From: a virus
Virus record (IMG/VR): IMGVR_UViG_3300033144_005375
Location: 1 to 64,000 of that record
Length of the DNA: 64,000 nt
Strand: one strand, 5' to 3'
Below are positions 29,100 to 39,287 of this stretch, piece by piece. Below the pieces are notes generated by a model. It did not search any database. It saw only the letters and a list, made by a program, of their open reading frames with translations, and was not told the origin of the DNA. Position numbers and translations under genes: made by a program. Each line of letters opens with the position of its first letter. The first letter of the stretch is position 1.

Positions 29100-31655
29100 T
29101 TATAGAGTCCCTCCGTCGCTGAAGGCGACGCCTTCAAGGATCATCGTCCACATCGTTAGATCCTGATTCGGCGTTCCGTCCGAATCTAGCTCGAACCGAA
29201 TCATCACCAGATCGCCGCCGTAATATCCATTAATGTCAAAAGAGCCAAAAACCATTGAAAGAGCAAAATTGCTGGTCGTGGTCGTTCCCGTTAGCGCTGT
29301 CGGGCCAATGGCCTGACCCGCATTTGCGGTCAGCGTGTCGGTGTTGGCGAGCACCCGAGGAATGGGCACGAGTCCGCCTGACGGGTCGGCAACACCTACC
29401 CCTTGCACTTCCACCGGGAGCACAGAAACAGTCCCGGTTGGCGCGGTGGTCACGGGCTGCGAACCCGTAACCGAATACACCGGGGTTATTTTCAAAGGGA
29501 ACGCGGTGCAGAGACCCTCGGGGAGAACCAACTGAGTATATATGGCGTCCCCTGAGCTGTTCATCCGGCTGTTTGGCGCATTCTGCGTCCACCCTGTCGG
29601 CAACCCTCCGCTGCCAACAATGATGTTTCCTGATTGGACGCCGCCGCTCTCACCGAAGACGTTTCCTCCGATGATCAGCGTTTTTCGCCAAAGGGCCAAA
29701 CCTAACGCACGACGACGACCCAATTTGTTGAGTTGGACGTGGCTCGGAGAAAGCCAAACCGTCTCGAAAGTCGGAAGCGTGGTGACCGTGCCGGTGATCC
29801 TCCACCGGACCCAATAGGACGGGCCGATCACAGTGCCAGCCCCGTCCACCGTGGCGAGCCCCCACGTCGTCTCCGTGTCTATTCCGTACTGGAGAAACTC
29901 GCTAGACGCTGCGCGCAGGAATACGTCGCTCGAATAGCGGTAGGTCTCGACCTCTGACGATGCCTGTACACCCACGCCTACCCACGCCGCGCCGTCCCAT
30001 ATCTCGATGGCGTATGTGCCATCGACGCCTGCCGCCACTTGAGCGACCTTGGCGCCCCAGTGTTTCAAGGCTGCGCCGGCCGTTGTCTCGCGCGACGAAG
30101 CGAAGTAGATCGCGTTACCAACTCCGACCCCTTGGAATGTCAGCGTCGAACCCGATCGGCTCTGCGCCGCTGCCGTCTCGTCGGTCTGCGATCCGCCGGT
30201 CACAACTGACCCGACCATCGTCTCGCTGCCGTCCGTCGATATGACTTTTATCCCGTCAGAATAGGACGATCCTTCTCCGACCAGCAGGGCCGACCCGAGT
30301 TCGGGGAATCCCGTCACTAGGTCCGCACCGACAACGCGAGACTCAGCGTCCCGCGTGGACGTGAGCGTCTGGTGGAAAGTGGCGTTTAGCTGCATTGTCC
30401 CGATGGCGGCGGACGGAAAACTAAACAGCGGCTGCACCGTCGTGCCGCTCACCGTAATCGACGTACCTACCCCGGTGAGCGCGGGGTCGACCAGCAGACT
30501 TACGACCGTCGGGTCGATTTTTCCGCCGATCACCGTGACGGCTACGCCGTCCGAGGCAATATGGGCTCCTACGGGAATCCCGAACCAGTTCGGGCTGTAG
30601 ATGATGCAGGTCGATGTTCCTGCTACGTGGATGCAATCACCCACGTTGGAGTTGCCGACGTTATGCGCCTGGCCTTGAAATCGTCCAGTGCCCTCCGTCA
30701 ACGTGACGTTAGCGATCGTGCCCGCCGACTGTGGAACGTGGACATCATCAAGGGCAAGCACTGCCGCGCTCACGCGTAACAGATTCGTCATGCCTCCAAG
30801 CGAGCACCTTATGTTTCCACCTACGACCTTGCCCGTCCCCGTCTTGACGAGGCCATCGCCTGAGCCCGTCGCCCCGTCGCCTCGAAAATCTAGGTTATAC
30901 ACAGTGCCGGTGCCGGCGCTGTGGGCAACGCCTGCCACTGATGCCGTGGTCGGCACCGTGACGGCGAATCCTTGCATGTAGCTGCCATCCAATAGCGTGA
31001 TCACGTGCGAGACCGCAGCGGCATCGCCTAGGGTGGTGACGAGGAAACTACCCTCGCCGATTAGTGACACCCCCACGGGTACTGTGAGGCCGGATTCGGC
31101 ATAGGTCCCAGGCCGCACCATCACCACGTCCCCGGATGTGGATGCCGTGAGAGCTGCGCCGATCGTCAGCCACGGCAGATCGAATCGATCTGATGTGGCC
31201 GTGCCATCGTTGCCAGCCTTGTCGACCCAATTGATCGACGTGGTAGTGATTGCAGGCGGTGGGCCTGCGGGCACCCAAACGGCTGCGCCATTGGTCGCAT
31301 CCACACAGATGTAGGCCGAATCGTTTGTGGTGTCGATCCACATCGACTTTACGCGGTAGCCGGCGTCCGCATCGTCATTGACGGTAGGGGCTGCCGCCGC
31401 CGAATCATTGTCGAGCACGCGGTCATACCCGATGTAAGCCTTGGACTGCTCCTCCGTAAGCACTACGGCGTCCACGGTGAGGGTGATGTCTCCCGCGTCG
31501 ATAAAAGCGTTGAGTTCGGGGTCGTTCACCACGTCATCAACAAGCACGCTGTCCGTTGCCAGAATGCTGCCGCTGGCGGGCACGTCGATCCCAAGCTGTA
31601 CGAGTGGGATGAGCGACGCCGTGGCGTTATCTAGTTGAATAGCTGGGTTCGACAT
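29100..31655 (-). CDS. putative tailspike/fibre with beta-helix-like domain (851 aa)
   Basis: APTVNDD..AGY.V.SMW.D module; WVDKAGND...PWLTIGAAL....GDVVMVRPGTY beta-helix cap. Confidence 0.6.
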   Translation of the reverse strand: MSNPAIQLDNATASLIPLVQLGIDVPASGSILATDSVLVDDVVNDPELNAFIDAGDITLTVDAVVLTEEQSKAYIGYDRVLDNDSAAAAPTVNDDADAGYRVKSMWIDTTNDSAYICVDATNGAAVWVPAGPPPAITTTSINWVDKAGNDGTATSDRFDLPWLTIGAALTASTSGDVVMVRPGTYAESGLTVPVGVSLIGEGSFLVTTLGDAAAVSHVITLLDGSYMQGFAVTVPTTASVAGVAHSAGTGTVYNLDFRGDGATGSGDGLVKTGTGKVVGGNIRCSLGGMTNLLRVSAAVLALDDVHVPQSAGTIANVTLTEGTGRFQGQAHNVGNSNVGDCIHVAGTSTCIIYSPNWFGIPVGAHIASDGVAVTVIGGKIDPTVVSLLVDPALTGVGTSITVSGTTVQPLFSFPSAAIGTMQLNATFHQTLTSTRDAESRVVGADLVTGFPELGSALLVGEGSSYSDGIKVISTDGSETMVGSVVTGGSQTDETAAAQSRSGSTLTFQGVGVGNAIYFASSRETTAGAALKHWGAKVAQVAAGVDGTYAIEIWDGAAWVGVGVQASSEVETYRYSSDVFLRAASSEFLQYGIDTETTWGLATVDGAGTVIGPSYWVRWRITGTVTTLPTFETVWLSPSHVQLNKLGRRRALGLALWRKTLIIGGNVFGESGGVQSGNIIVGSGGLPTGWTQNAPNSRMNSSGDAIYTQLVLPEGLCTAFPLKITPVYSVTGSQPVTTAPTGTVSVLPVEVQGVGVADPSGGLVPIPRVLANTDTLTANAGQAIGPTALTGTTTTSNFALSMVFGSFDINGYYGGDLVMIRFELDSDGTPNQDLTMWTMILEGVAFSDGGTL

Positions 31656-31656
31656 A

Positions 31657-32646
31657 TCACGCCCTCCATTTCACACGGGTCCAGACAATCCCGTTGCTCA
31701 ATTGGTTTACTCCGTCATTACGCATCCCCAAAACACCACCCTGACTGAAATCGTCGTTGAGCGTCGTGTCCTGACCAGAGACGGCGGTTGAGGCCACCGA
31801 TGAAATCGTGATGCCGTCTTCAGTTACAGCAAAACTGGCGGCATCCGTGTCCGAACGCGTGTACGCAAGGCTCACCACCGTCCCGTCAAACATAGCCGTG
31901 TATCCACGCGTAGAAGACATACGGAGAGTCCCGACCTGAAAGTAAGACCCGCTGTTGAGACCCCCTTGATCAGAAGCATTGAGAATGCAGGTTTCGACGC
32001 TCAACCATTTTGAGCGGCTGCCGTCGTAACGCATTTCCATTTCAAGGACCGTATTGTAGTAACGGTCTCCTTCCGCCGGGGCTGGAGCTGTTGGATCAGT
32101 TGCAGAATCCGCGTAATGCTTGGGACCGTTGACTTGAACAATGCCGCTGTCCCCTGTCCCGAAACCCGAACCAGGATTGATGACAACATCCCCACCATCG
32201 TTGTTACCGGCAGTGGCATTACCAGCCGTAATGGGGAGGTCACCCCCAGCTCCGGCTCCGTTATCTTCCCCAACGATGGAATCTCCACTGGAAATCTCCG
32301 CGTCCGTCCCCCCAGTTGAATTTCCAATGGCGAGAACAGCGGACCAAGCAGGCGTGGTGCCAGAACTGGTGAGCAACTGGGACCACCCAGTGGTCGTCCC
32401 ATCCGTATTGACCCACGTTTGACCTGTAGACGCCAACGTCCGTTGGTAGATGTCTCCTTCGTTGCCAGCCAGGAGAGCGACGTTAGGATCTGCGGTCCCC
32501 CTCTTGATATTGTCCGCTGTGAGAACACCGCCGGACTGAAGGGTGAGATCGACCGAAATGAACAAGTCATCGGACGACACGTCGATGGTGCGGTTAAGCC
32601 CCAACGTGTCGTCATTGATGACGAGGTTATCGATCTGGTTCGCCAT
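31657..32646 (-). CDS. putative fibre protein (329 aa)
   Basis: GTADPN...GDIYQR and TDPTAP..EGDRYYNT...YDG..W fibre-type modules. Confidence 0.6.
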   Translation of the reverse strand: MANQIDNLVINDDTLGLNRTIDVSSDDLFISVDLTLQSGGVLTADNIKRGTADPNVALLAGNEGDIYQRTLASTGQTWVNTDGTTTGWSQLLTSSGTTPAWSAVLAIGNSTGGTDAEISSGDSIVGEDNGAGAGGDLPITAGNATAGNNDGGDVVINPGSGFGTGDSGIVQVNGPKHYADSATDPTAPAPAEGDRYYNTVLEMEMRYDGSRSKWLSVETCILNASDQGGLNSGSYFQVGTLRMSSTRGYTAMFDGTVVSLAYTRSDTDAASFAVTEDGITISSVASTAVSGQDTTLNDDFSQGGVLGMRNDGVNQLSNGIVWTRVKWRA

Positions 32647-32652
32647 TCAGAC

Positions 32653-32868
32653 TCACTTCACCTTGCTTGTTCCTGCAACTTCGACAGCTTTAACTGTCAC
32701 TCCCCAACCCACATCCTTCTGATCCCCACCAAGGTGTTGACCCACCAACGCCCCCAGCCGACGCCGCGAGTAGCGGGCCAACATCCCTGTGATGTTGGCC
32801 TTCTCTTTGGCGGTGAGTTCCGCCTTATCCGGCTCGACTTCAAACTCGACTGTGAGTGTTACTTTCAT
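32653..32868 (-). CDS. hypothetical protein (71 aa)
   Basis: GGAG SD; fills the operon gap. Confidence 0.5.
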   Translation of the reverse strand: MKVTLTVEFEVEPDKAELTAKEKANITGMLARYSRRRLGALVGQHLGGDQKDVGWGVTVKAVEVAGTSKVK

Positions 32869-32879
32869 GGTTCAAACTC

Positions 32880-35762
32880 CTATGGGCGGACAGCAATGAA
32901 CTGTGGCTGGAACAGGACCAGCGGAGAGGTGTCAGCCCCGTCCGCACCCTGGAGGATGCCCAGGAGGTAGATGACGTTGCCGGACCCCGTGGGGGCCGTC
33001 AGCGTGGCTTCTCCGGCCGTAGCGCTGACGAAGACAGGACTTCCATTGCTGGCAGCAGCCGGTGCCGCGGCGAAAGACATCGCCACCAGAGAGCCTGCTA
33101 CGGTGAAGACTTTGACCGGAGTGGTGTCGGCGGCTGTGAAAGCAACGATGCCGACAGCCAGGCCATCCAGGGTCGTACCCGTATTAGAATCCGCCAAAAT
33201 GGCATCACCTGTGGTGGCTTCGATGGTCACAATGTCTCCCACCGTAAGGGCCTCACCTGCGGTAAGGGTGAGTCCGGCACCACTTGCCACGATGTCAACG
33301 AACTGACCCATATCAACGGACGGAGAGGCCGCCGTTGAGTCAAACGTCATGTACGTGTTCGCACCATCGTCGATCACCATTGCCGTTGAGTTGGCAGCTT
33401 CAAATGTGACCGTGATGTCGTCAGCCGAATTGATGTCAATCGTGCCCGACGTGGTGGTTTCCAGGGTCAGGCTGGCAGCAGCAACCGAGAAGTTCGATGC
33501 GGCACCAGCGTCGAGAGAGATGGCCTCCGTGCCAGATACATCGAAATCACCTTCAGCAGCCGAAGTGGTGATCGTGTTTCCAGCCACATACGCCTCTTGC
33601 AAGGTCTCAGTCGTATCCCCTGTTGCAATCTGCTCCCAAGTTGAGCCGTCATCTCCCGCACCGTTGGCATCCACCTGAATGTACGCACGACCACCAGTTG
33701 CAGCAGTCGTTCCGTCGTTGAAGAAGAACACCGAACCAGCAGTTGCTGTGTGACTCGGCACCGTAGACCCGGCATAGAGGTCAGAGTTACCTCCACCCCC
33801 ACTGCCCGTCAGGCCCAGCATGATCTCATCGGCATCGAATGCCCCGGTGATGTCCACGCTTCCGTGAACACCGGTCGTGAAACCATCGCCGGGCGCCAGG
33901 GTGATGCTCGCACCATCCGCAGTGCCAGCCGTCGAGCTACCTGCGGTAATGGTGATGTCGTTACCCGAGGCATCAGCCAGGTCAGCGGTATCCACCGTGA
34001 CGGTCGTGCCGGCGTTGATGTCTACGGTCGTGGCCGCTGTGACATCTACCTCGGCTGCCGAAGACAGAAGCAAATCACCACTTGTTGCGGTGGAGACCGT
34101 CAGGTTGCCGCTTGTGGCTGTGACATTGGATACCCCAGTACCGTCAATGCTGAAAGCGCCCGTCGACAACATGTCGAACGTGCCCGTCACGTCGATGTCC
34201 ATACCCGCACCAGCGTTCATGTCCACCAGAGCGACACCATCAAGGAGAAGCGTTCCACTGGTTGTGGTGCTCAGGGTCAGGGAAGCCGCATCAACCGTGA
34301 AATTGGAGGCGCTAGAAGCATCAAGGCTGATTGCCTCAGTACCAGAAACATCCAGAGAACCATTTACAGCATCCGTGACGATGGTATTGCCCGCCACGTA
34401 GGAGAGCTGAAGCGAATTGCCAGCACCCGTGCCTACAACGGTCCAAGCCGTCGCAGCGGCACCGGTCTTGATGTACATTTCACCGGAAGTGCCGGCGTTT
34501 GCAACATCGCGGTGATAGATCGATCCGACAACGGCTGCGACGCCTGCGGCGGCCGTTGGGTCAACCCCACCAACGAAAACGCTGTAACTGTCTCCGCCCG
34601 TGCCGGAGTTCGTGTAAGTAGCAAACGCCGTCACCTGATCCACGGTGGAGTCAAACGTGAAAGCGCCTGTGCCCGCATCGAAGTTCACCGAAGTAGCGCC
34701 TGTGACGTTACCCATCGTGATGGTTCGTGCTGCGGCCCCAGTGCCGATGTCGATAGCAAAAGCGTCAGCATCGTTTCCGATGCTCAAAGCTCCAGCCGAA
34801 GAGTTGATCTCAACTCCGTCGATGCCATCAATCAGGGCGCTGCCTGATGTGGTCGTCGAAAGCGTTAAATCCCCGGCGTCTACGGTGACGTTTGATGCTG
34901 CCGTACCGTCGATGGAGAACCCATTGGTCCCCGTCATCTGAACATCAAAAATCGTGCTATCGAAATCGAACGGGGAATCGAGATCGATCCCACCCGAAGT
35001 CGTGATGACGAAAGTTTCGGTGCCGGCAAAAGTGACGTTGCCTTCACCCGCCGAGGTGGTGATGGTGTTGCCTTGGATATAGGCTTCCTGAAGGTCCACC
35101 ACCCCCTGCATCGTGATGGTCGTGTACGTGAGGCCCGTGGTCGTGGCCCCTGTGTACGACTCCCAATCTCCACTGGAGTTGCCACGCAAGACGTTGACGT
35201 TGACGAGTGTGATCCCGCCCGCGACCGTCGTGTCCGTCACAAAATCGTTCGTGAACCAATCCTGTGTATTGGCGAAAGTTCCCAGACCGCGAATCGTGAG
35301 GACATTGGCGGCATGGCTCTCGACCTCAAAAAGACCATCGTTGGAGGGGTTATCCGCCCCATCCACCTGGATGATGTCACCCGCCGAGAAAGTCGCACCA
35401 CCCGTCGTACTCACCGTTGCATTCGCAGCGCCCGCACGCGCAACGAAACCAGTAGCCGCCACCGTGTCGGTCGTCGCGGTCGGCAGCACGTTGACGACAA
35501 AACCGCCAGTTTGCGCCACAGCAACGGTGTAGTCCGCATTCAGGTACAGATGGTTGTCTCTGATGTTGACTGCTTCGGAGTGGACCGTGAAAGTCGTACC
35601 GTTGACGGTCAAATTCCCGGCGATGACCACACTCGCCCCGGACACCCACGCCCAGTCATTGCTGGTTTCGATGATGTCAGGTGTTCCTCCCGTCTCAGGA
35701 GTCCGAGACAGACCTGTCGTAAGATCTAAAAGGAGAAGGTTATCGGTTTGTGTGCCAGCCAT
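32880..35762 (-). CDS. putative head/tail fibre protein with internal repeats (960 aa)
   Basis: Thr/Gly/Ala-rich; three LQ..Y..GNTI.T repeats; C-terminal TAGEALT.GD.V domain shared with the 562-aa neighbour. Confidence 0.6.
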   Translation of the reverse strand: MAGTQTDNLLLLDLTTGLSRTPETGGTPDIIETSNDWAWVSGASVVIAGNLTVNGTTFTVHSEAVNIRDNHLYLNADYTVAVAQTGGFVVNVLPTATTDTVAATGFVARAGAANATVSTTGGATFSAGDIIQVDGADNPSNDGLFEVESHAANVLTIRGLGTFANTQDWFTNDFVTDTTVAGGITLVNVNVLRGNSSGDWESYTGATTTGLTYTTITMQGVVDLQEAYIQGNTITTSAGEGNVTFAGTETFVITTSGGIDLDSPFDFDSTIFDVQMTGTNGFSIDGTAASNVTVDAGDLTLSTTTSGSALIDGIDGVEINSSAGALSIGNDADAFAIDIGTGAAARTITMGNVTGATSVNFDAGTGAFTFDSTVDQVTAFATYTNSGTGGDSYSVFVGGVDPTAAAGVAAVVGSIYHRDVANAGTSGEMYIKTGAAATAWTVVGTGAGNSLQLSYVAGNTIVTDAVNGSLDVSGTEAISLDASSASNFTVDAASLTLSTTTSGTLLLDGVALVDMNAGAGMDIDVTGTFDMLSTGAFSIDGTGVSNVTATSGNLTVSTATSGDLLLSSAAEVDVTAATTVDINAGTTVTVDTADLADASGNDITITAGSSTAGTADGASITLAPGDGFTTGVHGSVDITGAFDADEIMLGLTGSGGGGNSDLYAGSTVPSHTATAGSVFFFNDGTTAATGGRAYIQVDANGAGDDGSTWEQIATGDTTETLQEAYVAGNTITTSAAEGDFDVSGTEAISLDAGAASNFSVAAASLTLETTTSGTIDINSADDITVTFEAANSTAMVIDDGANTYMTFDSTAASPSVDMGQFVDIVASGAGLTLTAGEALTVGDIVTIEATTGDAILADSNTGTTLDGLAVGIVAFTAADTTPVKVFTVAGSLVAMSFAAAPAAASNGSPVFVSATAGEATLTAPTGSGNVIYLLGILQGADGADTSPLVLFQPQFIAVRP

Positions 35763-35774
35763 GGTCTTGTTCCT

Positions 35775-37463
35775 TTATCGGCGTTGCGCGATGAACTGAG
35801 GACGGAACACGACGGTTGGAGTCGTCGTGGCTCCGTCGGCACCTTGCAAGGTGCCGATGGTGAAAATCGTATTGCCCGAAGTGGTGGGCGGGGTGGGGGT
35901 TGCGAATCCTGAAATTGCTGAGATAAAAACGAGGCTTCCGTTCAACGCTCCTGCGGGAGCGGCGCTGAATCTCACAACCGGGCAAGTGCCTGATTTGGTG
36001 ACAACCTCTACAGAGGCACCTAGAAGAACGGTCTCGTTTGCGACGCCAATCACCTCCCAATTAGCCCCGGCAATAGAGGAATCCGCGCGGATGGCATCTC
36101 CTGCGGCGTCGAGAGCCACCAGATCCCCTATTGTGAGGGCTTCTCCGGCAGTAAAGGTCTTGACCTCCAGATTGCCGAGCGCGTTATCGAGGCCCGCCAG
36201 GTGCGCCGTCAGTTCTTCAACACTCGTGACTTCCGGGGGAGTGGTGTCTCGCGTGTAATTCGTCGGGATATACGTGATGTCGAGGATGTCCCCGTCAATC
36301 TCGTCCGTTCCATTGTGAACATGTGTGGGGGCATGAGGCGCAGGGATCGGATTGCCGAAACTCAGGATCCCAAAACTGTCCGTGATGATGGCTTGCCCCG
36401 CGGTGCCGTCCGCATTCGGCCAAGTCAGCCCATCAATGATCACATTGTCACCAACGCCGGCTCCTGGATCGAGCACCAGATCGGTAACACCGATGATGCT
36501 GTCCCCAGTGGACACGCTAATGTTAGTGCCTCCTGTGACGTTCCCTAGTATGAGCGTCTGAGCCAGAGTCTCTCCGCCACCACCACCACCAGGGATGGTG
36601 ATGTCCACGGCACCAGCACCCGCCGTGCTTGCGGTGACTCCAGCGCCAATGAAATCGAACGACGTGACCGCAGCATCGACAAGGACACCTTCGTCGAACA
36701 CCGCAACCGAACCGCCCCCACCACCTCCAGCGTTGGGGAAGAACTGGCCGCCGATGTAACCGAAGACGTTGGTCCCGAAACCCCCAACATCCCCTGTCGA
36801 GTTGAACTGGGAAACGACCCGACCTTCGGTGAGGCACAGATTGATCCCCGTGAGCGTAACCAAAGGGAGAGGAGCTCCCGTTGGGAGGGGAACTTCAATG
36901 AGGTAAGAGCCCGGATCAGCACCACTCAAACCGTCCCCTGGAATGGCTGCCGAGATGACGTACTCGCCGTCGAACTCCCGATACGCAGCCGGCACCCCTG
37001 GGGCCGAGAACCCAGTGATGGTGACGGGCTCGCCGACCATGAACCCGATCGAGTCAAGGAGGGTGGGGATCACGTTGTCGGGAATGACGAACCGAAGCGT
37101 CTCCGCCCCTCGTTCGACATTGAGAACCGCAGGCCGGAGGGCTTGCCCCGTTCCTGCTGGGCCGCCACAATTCCCTTTGTCACGAAACTGGAGGATGATC
37201 TCCGTCGTGATCAGCCCCTGCTTTGTGAAAATGCAGATGTCCCCTTCGTGCCAGGACACGAAAGTGCGCGTGGACATGGGGATGTCCACCGGTGGCAACG
37301 TCGTACCGGCGCCAAACGGAATTGGAACCGCTCGAGTACGATTCTTCTGAATCGTGATCTCGTCGAGATCGTAAAGAGTCACCGACGCCGGATTAGGGCG
37401 CCCGTCGGCGTAGACCCCTGTGTGGGTACACCGGACGATCAGAACGGCGACAATGTTGCTCAT
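35775..37463 (-). CDS. putative fibre/decoration protein (562 aa)
   Basis: V.V.DEG...FDFIGAGVTA and HAPTH..GTDEI fibre motifs; C-terminal domain ending PQFIAQRR. Confidence 0.6.
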   Translation of the reverse strand: MSNIVAVLIVRCTHTGVYADGRPNPASVTLYDLDEITIQKNRTRAVPIPFGAGTTLPPVDIPMSTRTFVSWHEGDICIFTKQGLITTEIILQFRDKGNCGGPAGTGQALRPAVLNVERGAETLRFVIPDNVIPTLLDSIGFMVGEPVTITGFSAPGVPAAYREFDGEYVISAAIPGDGLSGADPGSYLIEVPLPTGAPLPLVTLTGINLCLTEGRVVSQFNSTGDVGGFGTNVFGYIGGQFFPNAGGGGGGSVAVFDEGVLVDAAVTSFDFIGAGVTASTAGAGAVDITIPGGGGGGETLAQTLILGNVTGGTNISVSTGDSIIGVTDLVLDPGAGVGDNVIIDGLTWPNADGTAGQAIITDSFGILSFGNPIPAPHAPTHVHNGTDEIDGDILDITYIPTNYTRDTTPPEVTSVEELTAHLAGLDNALGNLEVKTFTAGEALTIGDLVALDAAGDAIRADSSIAGANWEVIGVANETVLLGASVEVVTKSGTCPVVRFSAAPAGALNGSLVFISAISGFATPTPPTTSGNTIFTIGTLQGADGATTTPTVVFRPQFIAQRR

Positions 37464-37508
37464 GAGAGGGTCCGAAGGCGGGATACACGAATCCCTACCT
37501 ACGCCCTG

Positions 37509-37525
37509 CTATCGAGCGAAAACCG
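37509..37525 (-). promoter_or_regulatory. putative late promoter motif
   Basis: CGGT-TTTCGC-TCGATAG upstream of the fibre cluster. Confidence 0.65.
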
Positions 37526-37566
37526 AGCAAAACGGCCCTTGCGGGCCAGGCGCATTCTAGAGCGAC

Positions 37567-39249
37567 TTACGTCAAGAATTCAGCCAACCGTGTTTTCACG
37601 TTCCCAGGAACGGTCTTGACCTCGGATTCCCAGATCACCAGGCACTCGAGCCCAACCTCAGCGTACGCCTCGATGAGTTCTTGCTCGTGCTCCTCGGGCC
37701 ACATATCGGTGAACTTTTCACTATGCCAGTAGTCCCCGTTGACTTCCACTACCTTGCGGAGATCGCGAAAAGGGTGATCAGGGACCGGTCCGCGCAGCAC
37801 AAAATCAGGGTTCTTGTGTCGCCCTAGCCGCGGGAGCCATCGCCAAAACCTCCGATCTCCCGTGTACATGAGCCGAGGTTCGAGCTCTTGGACTAAGCGT
37901 TCCGGAACGTTTGGGCCTCGTTGATTGGCCTGGGCATGCAACATCAGTCGAGCGTATTCCCGATCCTGCATCGGGTGCGTCATCCCGTAACGCTCAACCA
38001 GGTCCTCAACCGTCTCGGCGTCCTCGTCGTACGTGGGGAATTCGTGGCCTACTTTGGAAAAGCACTCCCGCAGGATCTTCTCCTTCACCCGCGGCCATGC
38101 AAACGGGTTGTCGTCTCCCCGAAGAACCGGACGCTTGCCTACCAACGCTTCTTGAATCTGGACATAGAGCCGAGATCCCCGCGAGAAGATCTCGGGATCT
38201 CCATATCGTTCAGTGTTTGTCCGACCAGTCTTCCCTCGTGTTTCTTTGTCTTGCTGGGGGTTCTCAACTCCCCACCGGTCCAACATCGTACGCATTCGAC
38301 GAAACCGCGCCACGGCACCAAAATCACGCACCATCCACGCGATACATATCTGCCGGTGACGCTTCATCTGCGTGAGACTTGTACTCTCGTGGCCGCACAG
38401 GCACAGCTCAGGGACCTCTGTGTTAGGCCACCCCTCACAAATCGCCTTGTGGCGACTCGTGACCTTCGTGAAAGCCTCGTCGCAGTGAGGGCAAATCTCG
38501 TAACTCCCAGAAGCAATCAGGGCTTCTCGATGACGCCGCTCACGCTCGCCACGTTTCCGCGACAACTCCAGAAACCATGCAGGAGCCCGTAAGAAAGACC
38601 GCGCCCCGTGGCGCTCCAAGGTGGTCTGCTCGGTACGTGCCCGAATCTCAGGTACCTGCTGGGGATTCTCGGCGCCGTGCCGCTCCTTCATGGTGCGCCG
38701 GATCTTGGTTTTGATCGGTTCAGAGGCGAAGACGTTCTCGGCCCCGTACCGCTCGAGGTTCGTCTTGGCTCGGCGCCGCTTCACCGCCTTCGCCTGAAGA
38801 TGGTGATCGACGCCGTACTTCTTCTGCGCGGCCTGACGGGTCTTCTCTTTAACCTCGTCACTTTGACCGACGTTATCGACGCCGTACTTCTTCTGCGTCG
38901 TCTTCTTACGCTTGGCGCCTGACGACCGAGCAACGACAGGAGCCCTGGGGAACTGAGCTTCGTACTCTTTCCGTTTCATGCCCTCGTGGGCCCGTTTGAG
39001 ATGATCACTCAGACGTTTCACACGAATTTGTGTGCCCTCAGCCGCACAGAGAAGGCACCCGACGTAGTCCTCGTTCTCGACCTTCTCAGAAGCCCACAGG
39101 CCGCGCTGAAAGTGCCTGTCGAAGTTGAACTCCGACGGAGACACCCCAATCACCTCGTCCCATTTGGAGCAGCCGTTCGTGTGCTTCGGGATAGCCTTGG
39201 AAGACGAAAGGACTTTCTGACAAGCGGGGCAGCACACTACCGAAAGCAA
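37567..39249 (-). CDS. putative homing endonuclease (zinc fingers, (K/R)YG.EN repeats, Vsr/PD-(D/E)xK-like C-terminus, 560 aa)
   Basis: KYGVDN/RYGAEN/RHGAEN/RWGVEN repeats; NPDF...VVEVNGDYWH...LVIWESE. Confidence 0.7.
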   Translation of the reverse strand: MLSVVCCPACQKVLSSSKAIPKHTNGCSKWDEVIGVSPSEFNFDRHFQRGLWASEKVENEDYVGCLLCAAEGTQIRVKRLSDHLKRAHEGMKRKEYEAQFPRAPVVARSSGAKRKKTTQKKYGVDNVGQSDEVKEKTRQAAQKKYGVDHHLQAKAVKRRRAKTNLERYGAENVFASEPIKTKIRRTMKERHGAENPQQVPEIRARTEQTTLERHGARSFLRAPAWFLELSRKRGERERRHREALIASGSYEICPHCDEAFTKVTSRHKAICEGWPNTEVPELCLCGHESTSLTQMKRHRQICIAWMVRDFGAVARFRRMRTMLDRWGVENPQQDKETRGKTGRTNTERYGDPEIFSRGSRLYVQIQEALVGKRPVLRGDDNPFAWPRVKEKILRECFSKVGHEFPTYDEDAETVEDLVERYGMTHPMQDREYARLMLHAQANQRGPNVPERLVQELEPRLMYTGDRRFWRWLPRLGRHKNPDFVLRGPVPDHPFRDLRKVVEVNGDYWHSEKFTDMWPEEHEQELIEAYAEVGLECLVIWESEVKTVPGNVKTRLAEFLT

Positions 39250-39287
39250 ATCTAGCTTGCTTCTAAGTTGTTGAAATCATTGAGTTT

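Noticed and set aside
39264-39284. IHF/att-like site TTTCAACAACTTA upstream of the homing-endonuclease-like gene
   Set aside because: Single imperfect match, with no partner site or integrase in the window
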